Assembly: GCF_052425735.1 (NCBI RefSeq)
Contig: NC_135759.1
Location: 22,444,001 to 22,508,000, forward strand
Source: Oculina patagonica
Lineage: Eukaryota
Reading direction: 5' to 3'
Length of the DNA: 64,000 bases
In this document: positions 1 to 12,300 of the stretch, piece by piece
Numbering within the stretch: the first letter of the stretch is position 1
How the letters are laid out: each line of letters opens with the position of its first letter
Position numbers and translations under genes: made by a program
Notes under the pieces: model-generated
Database searches by the model: none
Seen by the model: the letters and a program-made list of their open reading frames with translations, nothing else
Told to the model about the DNA's origin: nothing

Positions 1-514
1 AAAAAATCAGGGGAAAGAACACTGGAGGTAAAACTCGCTCTTGCTCTCTGTGGCTCTCTTCGTCGCTCATACTAAAGAAGTATCGGTATGCTTATATATT
101 TTTTTTCAGTTATTGAAAAGATAGTTATATTTTGTCGGCATTTTTTGTTGTTTTTGCCCCCTCGCTAGTAGCTTTTAGTCACAACTCAAAAACCGTCGAG
201 CCGAGAAAATTTTAATAATGCCCGGTCATTACAAGAAAATAATGCCCGCTCAGCAGCCAACCAGAGCGCCTGTACTATTGTAGCCATATAATAAAGTCTG
301 TTAAAATCATTAGGATCAGAGGAGCCAAAGTTGGCTCAACTGTGCCAGTGTTTAGTAGCTCTAGTTTTGTAGTATGAACTGACTAAGAGTATTACTCCCC
401 TCCCCCCTCCCCCTTACCCCAGCCTGGATATGATGCTTGGCCATCATTGGCTTTCCTCAGAATTTGTTAGGATGCTGTGGTGCAATATACTGGGACTCAC
501 AATTAACAAAGTTT

Positions 515-672
515 TAGCGGTGCACTATCAAGTTTATGGTGCATGCGGGAAGTTTGGAGAGCATGAAAGAAGCATAAGAGTATGTTGCTCAAGGTGATAG
601 CCAAGAGCAACTTTAGCTTCTTGAGTGCTCTCCAAAGTTATCATGCACCACAACTTGATAGTGCACCGCTAA
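515..672. repeat. Foldback/MITE-like inverted repeat
   Basis: ttagcggtgcactatcaagtt..ggtgcatg..tttggagagca is mirrored by tgctctccaaa..catgcacc..aacttgatagtgcaccgctaa. Confidence 0.7.
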
Positions 673-837
673 TAGCATGAACCAATTGTTTTGAAACATT
701 GTTGGTGAAAATGTACATACATCAAAACCCGCGTGAGAAAAATAATTTTCTTGAGAAGCGATTTGCTCATGCCACCACTGACCAGCGTGCACTATTGGAT
801 TATGGTACCTGCATTTAAAATAATAATTACTCAATAT

Positions 838-1085
838 CTTAGGCCTGCAATGCATGCAAAAGGATACTCTGCATATATTGCATGCCTCTAAGACTAGTAT
901 GATAGGCCTGCAATTTTTACAAAGAGCTGCTGCTTCATAGCCCTCTGCACACATTGCTTGCCTACAATACTACTATGATAGGCCTGCATTGTGTGAAAAG
1001 GGCTACAACTACATAGCCCTGTGCACACATTGCTTGCCTAAAGTGCAAGTATAAAAGGGCAGGCAATGCATGCAAAGGGCTACAG
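838..1085. repeat. Degenerate minisatellite (about 60-80 bp unit)
   Basis: Recurring taggcctgca, gcaatgcatgcaaa and catagccct..cacacattgcttgccta segments. Confidence 0.6.
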
Positions 1086-1228
1086 CTGTCCATTCTGCTA
1101 GGTTACTATTATTGACAGGTAGAACTTTCTTTTTTTCTTGTCCTGATACTCCACATGTGTAAAAATTTCTAACTCAGTGTTTGTTAACTGAGTGTTTGTT
1201 TATAACAAGTCCACACTGTTATTTTCAG

Positions 1229-4200
1229 GGGACCTTGCGGCTGCCATTAGAAGTAAAACTAACATCACGTTTGGATTGTATCATTCTCTCTTTGAATGGT
1301 TCAACCCGCTCTATTTGAAGGATAAGGCTAATCAATTCCAGACTCAGGATTATGTCAAGGTACACTGAAAGTTTTATTCTTAATTCTTTATTGCCAACGA
1401 GACAGCCGAGCCAAGAGGCGAGGCTGTCGAGGCGGCAGAATCATAGAGCCGTGTGCGTATGAGTGTATAGGCAGAGAAAATCTTAAGTTCTGCGTAAGGA
1501 ACTTTTTTTTGACCATATTTGGGTGTAAGTAAACCCCATATTTGGGTTGTATTGTTCTTTCCAAATGGTTCCCAGTCTCTCACTCCTTGCTAGAGAGCAA
1601 ATGACCAAAATGGCGTCCCCGCGGCTCGCTGTTAAAATTTCCAATGTGGTCATTCATCCCTTTACTGATAAATACACCATTAGGGAATTATAAATCGAAA
1701 AAGAATACCCTACAGAATATTTGACCGCCGAAAAAACGAACATTAAGGTCTTTAAAGCGATGAAATAATCTTTCGACTTTGGAGTCCTTTGATTTACGAT
1801 CGAAGAGAGACATGAAAATCAAAAGCGGACTGTTGACTTCAAATAGAGTTTTCTTGACTTATGAGAATGCTGAAGTCGGGTAAATGCTTCCTTTTAGTGT
1901 TGATTGTGTTTATAGTAATTGTTTGACCGATGATTTATTCCAAATCAAATACCGTTTATATTTTATTTGGCACGCATTTTCGCTCCGCGTAGGAATGACA
2001 TCAATACAAAGCGATGCTCACTAAAATTACTGCATGTCATACACACAAGAAGCTCAAAAGTTTTTTGCTTCTAACGGCAAATGTAATGTTAACTTGAATA
2101 AAAATTTTGTCTCCAAATAATCCTTGACCGTTCAAGTTTTGTTTTCTGTTCAAATTTTTCAAGTTTTGCGTACCGTAACTGAACATGACACTTGCGAGAC
2201 TGAAATCTGACCCGTGCATTACTGTCTCTGATTACTGAAAATTATTTTTAAAAAAGCATCTTAGCAGTTTTGATTTTGGGATTTGATTTATAAGAAGTTC
2301 TTGAAATGCAACTATCCCTTTTGTGGACGGAAACATTTTTACCATCGCGTGTTGTATTTACAAAACAGTGATTAAACCTCATTTAATGCCTACATTTTGT
2401 GACATTTTAACGTTTAAAAGAATTTAAAGATTTGTCAAGAGTTATCAATCTGTCAAACCCGTAGCCTGCGTAGCAGACATCTGTGTACGTTTTTTAGTGT
2501 GTTTAAAAGAGTGCGCGATCGCGAGAATACGCGCGCTGGAAATTACGGCGCCTGCTACGCAGGCTATCAAGCCTGTGTCATTTATGAACACCAGAGAAAT
2601 AGCACTTCAGTTTTTCGCATATTACCTAAAATACAATTTACCATATTTTGGTCATTTCAAATATAGTTCTATCAAAAACCATTCAATATCTGTTCTTATG
2701 AACAAACATGAGTATTTCGCTCGTTGGCACTTACCGATAGGTACAACTAGTATATTTTACATAGTATGATCCTTTTTTCCTTGTTTTCTTCCTTCCATCG
2801 CTCTTTGGCTACTTATATGTGGCTGCAGCGAAGGAAGTTTGAAAGTGCAATCTTGTTGTTAATTATTATAAACTTTGTGGACCCTTATTTAACTCACTTG
2901 GATGAAAAAAATACTAGTCAACAAACATAAAGAAAGATCCATTTTGTCTTAAAGTGTTTATGACACGAAATCTTTTATTGGCTTTTTTCTTTCGTTGATA
3001 TGCTTAAATAAAGGATTGATAGTTAAAATTTGCCCAAAAAAATTTTTTCCGTCATTTTTTGCCTCCGAAATGTCGCACTCTCAGCCATCTTGAAAATTCA
3101 TCAAACAAGAAGACATCACAAAGGTGGCGTGACGTACCTTTTGTCATAGCGGCGCACGGCCAAAAGGTACGTCACGCCGGTCACCTTTGTGACGTCTACT
3201 TGTTTGATGAATTTTCAATTTTTTGTGGCGCGTGGCCAAAAGGTATGTCACGGCGGTCACCTTTGTGACGTCTACTTGTTTGATGAATTTTCAAGATGGC
3301 TGAGAGTGCGACATTTCGGAGGCAAAAAATGACGGAAAAAATTTTTTTGGACAAATTTTAACTATCAATCCTTTATCTAATCATATCAACGAAGAAAAAA
3401 GCCAATAAAAGTTTTCGTGTCATATACACTTTAATAAGTAGATACATGTACATTCTCTAGGCTCTCAGTTTACTTTTGATAAAATAAAAAGACTCAAGAC
3501 TCAACCTTGGATTTCTTTGAAAAACCTTCTCCGCCCAAATTAGAGCTTCCAAACTTTAGATTCCAGCTTATCTGTGATTGGCAGCTGCAATAATTTTTTT
3601 GATTTGCATTATATTAAACTGAGAAACAGATATTAGCCAATCATCATCGATTAGTGTGTTAAATTGTATAACAAAACCCTTAATATCACAATCTGATGTT
3701 TTATTGGACCATATCAAAATTACCCACCTGATCCAAATGAGGGTTATTTATTAGCTGGGTATGTCATGAAATATTAATGACATAAAGAATAACAGAGGAC
3801 ATATTTTATGTCAGGAAATTCTCATGCCAGAGCTGTATGACCTGATCAACTCGTACAAACCTGATTATTTATGGTCAGATGGCTCAAGGGGACCTGATAC
3901 ATACTGGCAAAGCAGAGAGTTCCTTGCATGGCTTTATAATGACAGGTGAATAATATTTAATATATAATTAAAAAAATTGAAGAGCTCGTATTTTATGACA
4001 GGAAATTCTCATGCCAGAGCTGTACGACCTGATCAACTCATATAAACCCGATTATTTATGGTCAGACGGTTCTAGTGGACCTGATACATACTGGCAAAGC
4101 ACAGAGTTTCTTGCATGGCTTTATAATGACAGGTAATTGAGGTGAACACATGTTGTACTGATATTGTTAATAAATAATTAGTTGAAGATAATATTATAAG

Positions 4201-7074
4201 TTAGCTCTCTGGACAAATTGCAGGCCTATAATACTAGGTTAAATGACTCTGCATGCATATAAGGGAAGCCATGAGCCATGTGGCCCACACTGCCGGTGCT
4301 TATCCCAGTTTCTGTAGCATTAAGCATCTAGGAATATTTCTACTCCCCCCTGAATGGGATGCTAGTCCATTGCAGGGTACCCCCCCAGTATTCTGTCGAC
4401 GAGGTACCCATTTATACACCTTTGTGAGAGGAACTATGAGAGTAAAGTGTGGCCCCAGCCGGGGCTCAAACTTGGACCGCTTGATCTGGAGTCCGGCGCA
4501 CTAACCATTAGGCCACCGGGCCTCCCACCTTAAACTTTTGAAAATTTAAGGTGGCTCTGAACCCACAATACAAAATTTTTTAAAACTTAACATGCTAGTT
4601 ATTATTCCAACATAAATTATAGGGGTCACTGAGCTTGTTTTTGTGTTATAAGCACTGTTGCTATGGTTACTTAATGTGTCAAGAAAATGACCACAACTTG
4701 TTCAGCAATGACTGGACATTTGTTCGATATTATAATTGCTGCAGCAACTGATAAATATTTGTAGTACTGACCCTTCAAAGTATAAGAGCTGGAAAGTGCT
4801 GGCAAAAAAAAATTATGAGCCTCAGGAAAATATATGTGATAAATTCTAATGCATTTGAGAAGTGCTGAAACAGAGACAAAGGGTAACTCAGAAATGGCCT
4901 AATACCTGACTTCAATTCTCTAATTTCCAGTTTGTCTAATACTAGTGCTTCATGGCTTAACATTGCATTTCAAACCATGTTTGCTCGGCCCTCGCTGTGC
5001 TTTGATTAGGTTTACACCCGCTTTCAGTGTTACGTGCATAGCGGCTTTCAGTTTGTCTAACTATTGTTGTTGTGTTGTTGTGTAGCCCTGTTAAAGACAC
5101 AGTTGTGACAAATGACCGTTGGTGTAACAATGGATGTCTTTGCCATCATGGTGGAGTGTACACTTGTCATGATCGATACAATCCAGGTGTGTATTATTTT
5201 ATTACTTCAATAATTGGACTTTTGATAAGTTGATAAATTATAATGAGGAAGACCTTATGTTATAAACTTTTACTGTAACACAGGCAAACTTCAGAATCAC
5301 AAATGGGAGAATGCATTGACTGTGGACAAGGGTTCCTGGGGCTACAGACGTAATGTGGATATTGACTCTTACTTGGACATCAATCAACTGTTATATCAAC
5401 TGGCTTCTACTGTAAGGTGAGGATAAACATTGGGTTTACCTGGCCATTTGAGAGTGAAGGTTGACAAAAGTTAAATTAACCTCTCATGTAGGTCTCACTT
5501 GGGCTGAAACTCTCTTGGAGACTTAAGTGCACTCGCCTTTTGAACCTGGCCAAATTTTCAAGGTTCCAGATAAGCTTTTAGGCAACTGAAGGTACCAACA
5601 CGGAATTCCAAGAGGTCCAATTTTCACTTCTGCCACCAAATCATTAAAAGTTTTCTATAAATTTGTCGAGTTATTGACCTGAGACCTCCCTCTTGTCTGG
5701 AACACTGATCTTTTAACAACCAACCATTTTTTGCCACAAAATACAAAAAAAATTAAACAGTGAATAAGATTAACTTAATTAGGCAAAAAACTACCCAGAA
5801 TTTGCTTACTCAAGTCTCATTATCCACTTAGCAACCAGATTTCACAATAGACCACAATGAGCATCTACTTCATGTAAGTAGCCAACTTTTAGTTTCAAGT
5901 CATGTATTTCTCATTCTTTCCTATTAGTTGTGGTGGAAACATGTTGTTGAATGTTGGCCCGACAGCAGACGGCCGTATCATTCCCGCATTTGAGGAGCGT
6001 CTGCTACAGATGGGAGAGTGGCTGTCTGTGAATGGTGAAGCTATTTATGGCACCAAACCTTGGAGAGCTCAAAACGACACTGTTAACAAAGATGTCTGGT
6101 AGGTTGAATGGCGTGATATTTAATGTTTTCAACTGTTGATCAGTTGGAAATCCTAGCTACATCCCTGCTGTTGAATTCCATGATGTAACGTTTATAATAA
6201 GCTTTAAATTTTAACAATGTAGTAAAAGCCCGTATTTTTTTTTCCTATAGTGGACTGCAAATCGCGCAAATCAGTAGAAAGTTGTACATTAGCGCTACGT
6301 CTTTTTGCGAGGTCGGGTTTTTCCAAAAAGGCAAAACAAATGAAACCAGCGTGAAAAATTGTCACACAATTTTTATTCGACCATTTTCTAACGTTCTATG
6401 TCATATAATAATTCTGTTTCTGCTTCTTCTTTTTTTTTTAAAAAAAAGTGATTAAAATCACTTCCCCTTTCTTAGGGAGGCACGGTGACCTAATGGTTGG
6501 TGCGCCGGACTCCGGATCGAGCGGTCCGAGTTTGAGCCCCGCCCAGGGTCACTTGTGTTGTGTTCTTGGGCAAGACACTTTACTCTCATAGTGCCTCTCT
6601 CCACCCAGGTGTATAAATGGTTACCGGCGACATAATGCTGGGGGGGGGGGGGGGACCCTGCGATGGACTAGCATGCATTCAGGGGGAAGTAGAAATATTC
6701 CTAGCCACTTAATGATACGGAAACCGGGATAAGCTCCGGCAGTGTGGGCCGCATGGCTCGTGGCTTCCCCCTTCTTTCTTATTCTACAAAGAAAAGAAAC
6801 AGAAAACTTACTAGTCTCTTTTACTCTCAGGTACACGTCTAAAGCTGATGCCGTGTACGCCATTGTCCTTGAGTGGCCTGCCACTGATCAGCTTACTCTT
6901 GGAGCACCAATGTCATCCAATTACACTCAAGTTACCATGTTAGGTTATGATGGAAAGTTTGTTTGGAAGCCTGCTGGCGACAAAGGTGGCATGATAGTTA
7001 ACTTTCCTGCCATCGCTATAAACAAGCTTCCTTCAAAATGGGCCTGGGTTCTGAAGTTGGAGAACATTAAGTGA
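1229..7074 (+). CDS. FUCA: Alpha-L-fucosidase (GH29, FUCA1/FUCA2 family), 5'-partial, spliced
   Basis: Phase-compatible GT-AG exons: 1229-1359 ([32 protein letters not shown]), 3815-3945 or 4002-4132 ([20 protein letters not shown]), 5086-5186 ([12 protein letters not shown]...DRYNP), 5284-5416 ([18 protein letters not shown]), 5928-6098 ([17 protein letters not shown]...[15 protein letters not shown]), 6831-7074 (YAIVLEWP...WAWVLKL, TGA). These are hallmark GH29 motifs. AATAAA at about 7541. Earlier exons lie upstream of the window. Confidence 0.96.
1391..2750 (+). mobile_element. Non-autonomous Helitron/Helentron-like element, copy 1 (fucosidase intron)
   Basis: Near-identical to 34157-35526. 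Starts TTGCCAACGAG; subterminal inverted CTCGTTGGCA (2720-2729); small hairpin TACC-GATA-GGTA; ends CTAG; sits between A and T without TSD. Confidence 0.8.
2953..3430. mobile_element. Palindromic MITE with TTAA flanks (Kolobok-like)
   Basis: TTAA|AGTG...CACT|TTAA; arms of about 180 bp are near-perfect inverted repeats; internal direct duplication of about 70 bp. Confidence 0.75.
3815..3945 (+). CDS. FUCA: Fucosidase nucleophile exon, copy A (131 nt)
   Basis: tcag|GAAATT...GACAG|gtgaat; encodes [43 protein letters not shown]. Confidence 0.8.
4002..4132 (+). CDS. FUCA: Fucosidase nucleophile exon, copy B (131 nt)
   Basis: acag|GAAATT...GACAG|gtaatt; encodes [43 protein letters not shown]. Confidence 0.85.
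4270..4526 (-). mobile_element. tRNA-derived SINE, family 1 (internally deleted)
   Basis: Reverse-complement homologue of 6475-6762; tRNA-like A/B-box head. Confidence 0.75.
6475..6762 (+). mobile_element. tRNA-derived SINE, family 1 (CORE-like centre)
   Basis: A-box-like ggtgacctaatgg, B-box-like gtttgagccc, centre cttgggcaagacactttactctc; related copies at 4270-4526, 20420-20635, 29545-29740, 43280-43550. Confidence 0.75.
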
Positions 7075-8329
7075 ATTTACATCAATTGCTGTTAGATCAT
7101 AGTCGGGGGGGGGGGGGGGGACTCCTTAAAGGGATGGGGCGTGAACCCCGGCTCAAGCTTTAGTTGACCCCTAAAAGACACCATTCTACAACAGACAGAC
7201 AAGTAAGAGCTATAGTGACGTTAGTGACGATTAAGACATTGACATCAAATGCTTTCATCTATGAAGAAATTTTAAAGATTTCATGCATTATTGATCTAAA
7301 CAGCCAACTCAGTATTTCCGCGTTTTGATAATTTCTTCGCTTTCAACCCTAAAGATACCTTTGATGTGTTAAAACAGTAGCGTTCTGTCCTGATCACCTT
7401 TAGTGTTAACAAAATCCCCAATTTACACTCCTTTGAAAGACTACGAGCATTCCCGCCCCTTTTACGTGGGAGTTCCCCTTCCCTAATGGGATCGTTGATG
7501 GTGCCAGCACGTTAGATAGGTTTTCTTGTAACTGCCATTTAATAAACTAAATGCAAAGTATTCATTTCTGGCCAATCGCCTGAAACGCGACAAAGCGCCT
7601 GCTTAGCGCGGGAAAACGCGTGTAAGCGAGCTTACGGTTGTCGTTGGGTTTTTCTTCTGATTGGTTGAAAATGTTCAACGTCTTCTCCGATTGGTTAGAC
7701 CACGGTGCACAGTTATTTTTTTGTAAGTTCTTGACCTTAGCAAACGCAGAACCATAGCAGGGACAGTTAATTTTTCACCGATAATTTTTCCTTGCACTTT
7801 AAAATTGAAAAACGGCTTAACTGGCCCAGACCTGGGGTAAGCAGTGAGCTGTTTGCAGAGAAAGTATCAATCATTTTTTAAAGGAGGAAAGTTGATTGTC
7901 TTGGTTCTTCAAGATGGCGGACATAAAATGTCCTCTATAGCTAGTTTTTTCCATTACCCGAATGTTGATGCACTTTGTGAAAGCAGGTCTTCCTATACTG
8001 TCACGCAGAATTTTGTATTTACAGAAAAGTATAGTGTAATTAACGTATTTCAAAATCATGAAAGAAAAAAAAAGCCACTTCTGCACTTTATTATTAAAAT
8101 AATATACTTGTAATCCTTTCTTTAGAATTTTTTGTATTCTTTTGCTACTGCACATAATTGTAACTTAGTTACAAAATATTACGACTTCAAACCAAACCAG
8201 CTGTATTGCTGGCTGGACATTTTTGTATAACGTTTTTTAAGTAAGGCTAATCGTACGCGTTTCTGGTGAAGAAACAATAAACGTAAATTAACGAATTGAG
8301 TTAATGCAGTCTTTGGGAAATGCCTTTCC

Positions 8330-8985
8330 TCGTGAGTTACACGGTGCGTTCCCTTTGCATTTATTTCTTGTGCGTTTATGTTCCACCATGCGTTTTCTAG
8401 GAGCCTTTTCTCCATGCATCACCTTCTTCATTCCCTATGAGTCCCCTGTTACTTCTCCCAAACCAGTCCTCTTGCGTTTCCGAGTGCGTTGCCACACTCC
8501 TTTCTTAGCTAGTGTTCTACACCGTGTGTTTCCTCGAGGCTTTTCCATGCGTTCTCTGTACATTCCCTTTGAATTTTCTCGTGCCTCCGCTTTACCTTTT
8601 CACATCTTTTTCTCATGTGTTCCCCCATTCTATTCCTAATTCGTTACACCTTGCAATTCCCATGTTTTTCCGCATGCCCTCCCGGTGCGTTCCCTTCTGT
8701 ATTCCGCGTGCCTTGCCCGTGGCCTTTGGCATGTCTTTTCTTGTACGAGACGCCGCGCGTTCCCTGTGTATTCACTCGTTCGTTTCCTAATACGTTCCTT
8801 GTGCGCCCCTCCATTCTTTTCTGGTGCGTTCTCTTCAACCTCGTTCCCAGGGTTGAGGTTGCATTCTCTTTCGCATTCCCTACACGTTGCCTACACCGTG
8901 TGTCCCCTGTGCGTTCCCTCTTGTGTTTTCCAGTACGTTATTTCCTCCATTCCTCCCTGGTGCATTACACCGTGCGTTCCCTAGG
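8330..8985. repeat. Pyrimidine-rich degenerate tandem repeat (GTGCGTTCCC-like motif)
   Basis: Many variants of gtgcgtt(c/t)c and acaccgtg with strong strand asymmetry; source of overlapping spurious ORFs. Confidence 0.65.
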
Positions 8986-9357
8986 AGAGGGGAGGGGTTT
9001 ACATTGGCTGCTGCTTACGTGGTCCCTTGTGCGCCATCTTTGGTCTTGCCCATGTCTATTCTCATCCCCCCCCCCCCCCCCCGATACGCTAATGGTTTCC
9101 GGAATCGAGACATTTGAAATCTAAATGGAAACCCCCCATCCCCCAAAAAACAGTAGGCGAGATGGGATGTATGTATGCTGTAGCCGGGTCCTGGTCGAGT
9201 ACACTTGTTATGACCACTTTCCTTATTTATTACCAACCAGGCTACTTCAGTCATAGAAATGTGAGAAAGAAGAACCAGTTAGGTGGAAGGATTGTTTACG
9301 GTTTCTTTTTCTATGATCGCATAGCTGGTCCATATATCCAATGCAGAACTCACGGAA

Positions 9358-9388
<31 letters not shown>

Positions 9389-12300
9389 CTAGACGCAGCT
9401 CTTTTTCATTGCTGTGTCTTTTCAGGTTTGTTGACGAACTTATATTAACTGAGAAGAAACGAGCGGAAAGCAAGTTAACCCAGTTAACCATCTCTTCTCT
9501 TCCAAAAAGATTTTTCTTTAAAAGTAGAAACAGCTTGCATACTTGAAAAAATATTTCTTTGGAAATTTCGAAAAATAATGAATTTTTATTGGGATTCATT
9601 ATGTCGCAAGGATCCACAACATCCTTAATAATTAATGCAACTCAACAAAAGACTCAGGAACCTCGCCATTCAATTTTCACGTGCAAAACTTCAAGTGTGA
9701 TTTTTTTCATCGCGCATTTCATTTGCATTTTTTCCTTCGGCTCGGCCTCGTGGTCGAACTGTTTGATTTCTTCCTCTCGACACAATTTGTTAAGAAGTCG
9801 GGCGAAAGCCAAAAAGGTCTTCAACTGAAAGCAATTGTCAAGTAGTTTGCTGTGGAAGAAGACCTGATGTGGATGAACCGGTCATATGGATTTCTGAAAC
9901 GAAAGCTTGCCACTGGGTTTTTATTTCAGCTATGGCGAAGAATTAGCTGAGCAAGGTAAGAGCGACTCAGCATGTGTCTAAAGATAGAATAAGCTGTTCG
10001 AAAGAGACGAATGCTTCTCTTTTATCAATAACTTAGTTTTAACTGTAGGCGAGAAATTTGTTTTGGGCAGTCAGTTAAGTCCAGCGCTCTTTACAGGGAC
10101 AATGCCGTTCCTCTGAAGTTTGCTTACATGAAAACCTTATTATAATAATATGCCGTAAATTAGAACTATCAACAAACAAAATGTAAGTCTTGTTGACAAA
10201 TGTATAACATAATAACAACGCCGTGAAGGTTCCAAATGCCAGAAGTTATGCGTTCTACACTTACTTAGTACTTTTCTTGGGTGTCTTCTACATAACAAAG
10301 TGAAATACCAAGGCTGGGTTTTTATTCAGCAAGAACTTTTATTTGCTCAAAAACAAAAGCACTTTATGAACAAGGCAGGACTAGCTATAAAAAGTAGTGT
10401 TAACTAGTGTTCCATCATGGATTGTAATAACTCATTCCATCATTTTTTTATCAATTTCAGAGGAAGAACGCAACAATTTAAAGAATAATCTTCAAGTCAC
10501 GGCAATAAAGAAACCACACGTAAAAGAATGAAGTGAAGGTAAGGGCATGACATTTGCTGGTTACTAAATAATCTGCGTAGTTCCCAAGCTTCAACAACGA
10601 GAAAAGCGATAAAGTCTTGGGACTAGGCTGCTTGACGACTGCATCTAGAGAAATAGGACCGAAATTCTGATCACTTTGAGAATTAAGGGTTAAATTTAAA
10701 ATGCATACCAGAATCTTTATTTGTTAAGTTGTCCCTTTTCTTTCATCTTTGTTTTGTTACATTGAGACTGGACTAAACTAGAACAGTCAATCAATCATAA
10801 TTATAAAATGCATTCTCTCTTTCGTTCACGTAAAGCAAGCAAAACATCGCAAACGTGTACACAATGCACGTCACAGCCATTTTTCGTTTATCCCAATCCT
10901 GAATCTGCGCTTTTCTGAAGGGTAAGATTTCTTTATAGGCTCTTTTGGAATTTCTAAAGTTTGATGCGCCATTTTAATTTGGACTTTTCTTGAACAACAA
11001 GAGCAAATTTCAGGCAGAACGCGTCGAAACGCAGAAATTATACTTTTAAATTGTCAGACAACAAGCGAAGCAAGAACCAACAACAAATTAAGAGTAGCTT
11101 TATTTAGTGCATGGCCATAAATTCACAAGTATTGCAAAGGACATAACTTGACGAAGCAGTAATGCAATAAATTAAGAAAAAAAGGGAAATAACAATCTAG
11201 TTACATCAGTCCTGATAATAACAACTGATAACAGTTATTTTATAAATCCAAGCATAATAAGACGAACTTTATCATTTGATTATCAACAATATAACTAGGA
11301 GGAAAGTTCATTTCATTAATTCTTTAATAGCTTCTATTGGTGATAATTGCTTGACATTCGATCAAAGTGCCAACGGTTATTTTTTCGTTTCGTTAGTTTT
11401 GAAGCATGGCAAATTTCTTTGGTCTGCTGTCCTCGGATCTACTGATATTTAATTTACAAAAGTGATCAAAATTTAATTTCTCCTTACGACTAGTGACGAG
11501 TATAAAAAAAAATTGTCAACTATGGGCTTTGATGTAATACCAAATTCTCCGCACAACCTAAATTGAGTAAGGAGAATTAATAGTCCTACGATAGATCATA
11601 ACTATTGAACTCAACTTGCCCAGAAAAAAAAAAAACAACAATTCGTAAGTTAACAAAAAATTACCACCCTAGAAACATCACAAGCAAAAAAAATTTCTGT
11701 CGTACAAATTTAATCTAGAATATAGACAATGCGGTGCGCCATTTTGAAAAGAGTGTAAACATAGCGCAAAATACAGTAGTGTTTGTATTATTGCCGTGGA
11801 ATGGGATGCGCGCAATCTCAACGAAACACAGCTGCATGCATCCTGAAATTTTCTTTTCTGGGTATTTTAAGATTGAAGGCTGTAAATATTTTACAAGACG
11901 ATGAGCGCTACCCACACCAAAACACAAATGCTAATCAGCAGTGGCTTCCGTAACACTTCATACCTTCTACAAACTCTGTACTTGGCGTTTTTTGCACGGA
12001 CTGTTTTCTGTTCTAGATCGTGACAATTAGTACCAATTCTACGAAGTTGTTTTTGCAAATTTCAAAATAACATTACTTTAAAAGTGTTTTCATGATCATA
12101 GTTTAGTAACATTGACTGTAATTTACGTATTTTAACACATACGTTTTTGTTTTCTTTCAGTGCCTTGAATGCTTTTGCTGTGGATCACAAGCAAAGAAAG
12201 TGCAGACGAGAAAAACCCGCCCGCGCAAGATAATCAAAGGTTAATTCTAGAGGTAATAATTCTAACATCTGCTAGGGCGAAAATCTTCTAAGACGAGCAA

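Noticed and set aside
8179-9254. Cluster of overlapping ORFs up to 169 aa
   Set aside because: Low-complexity A-poor repeat lacking stop codons
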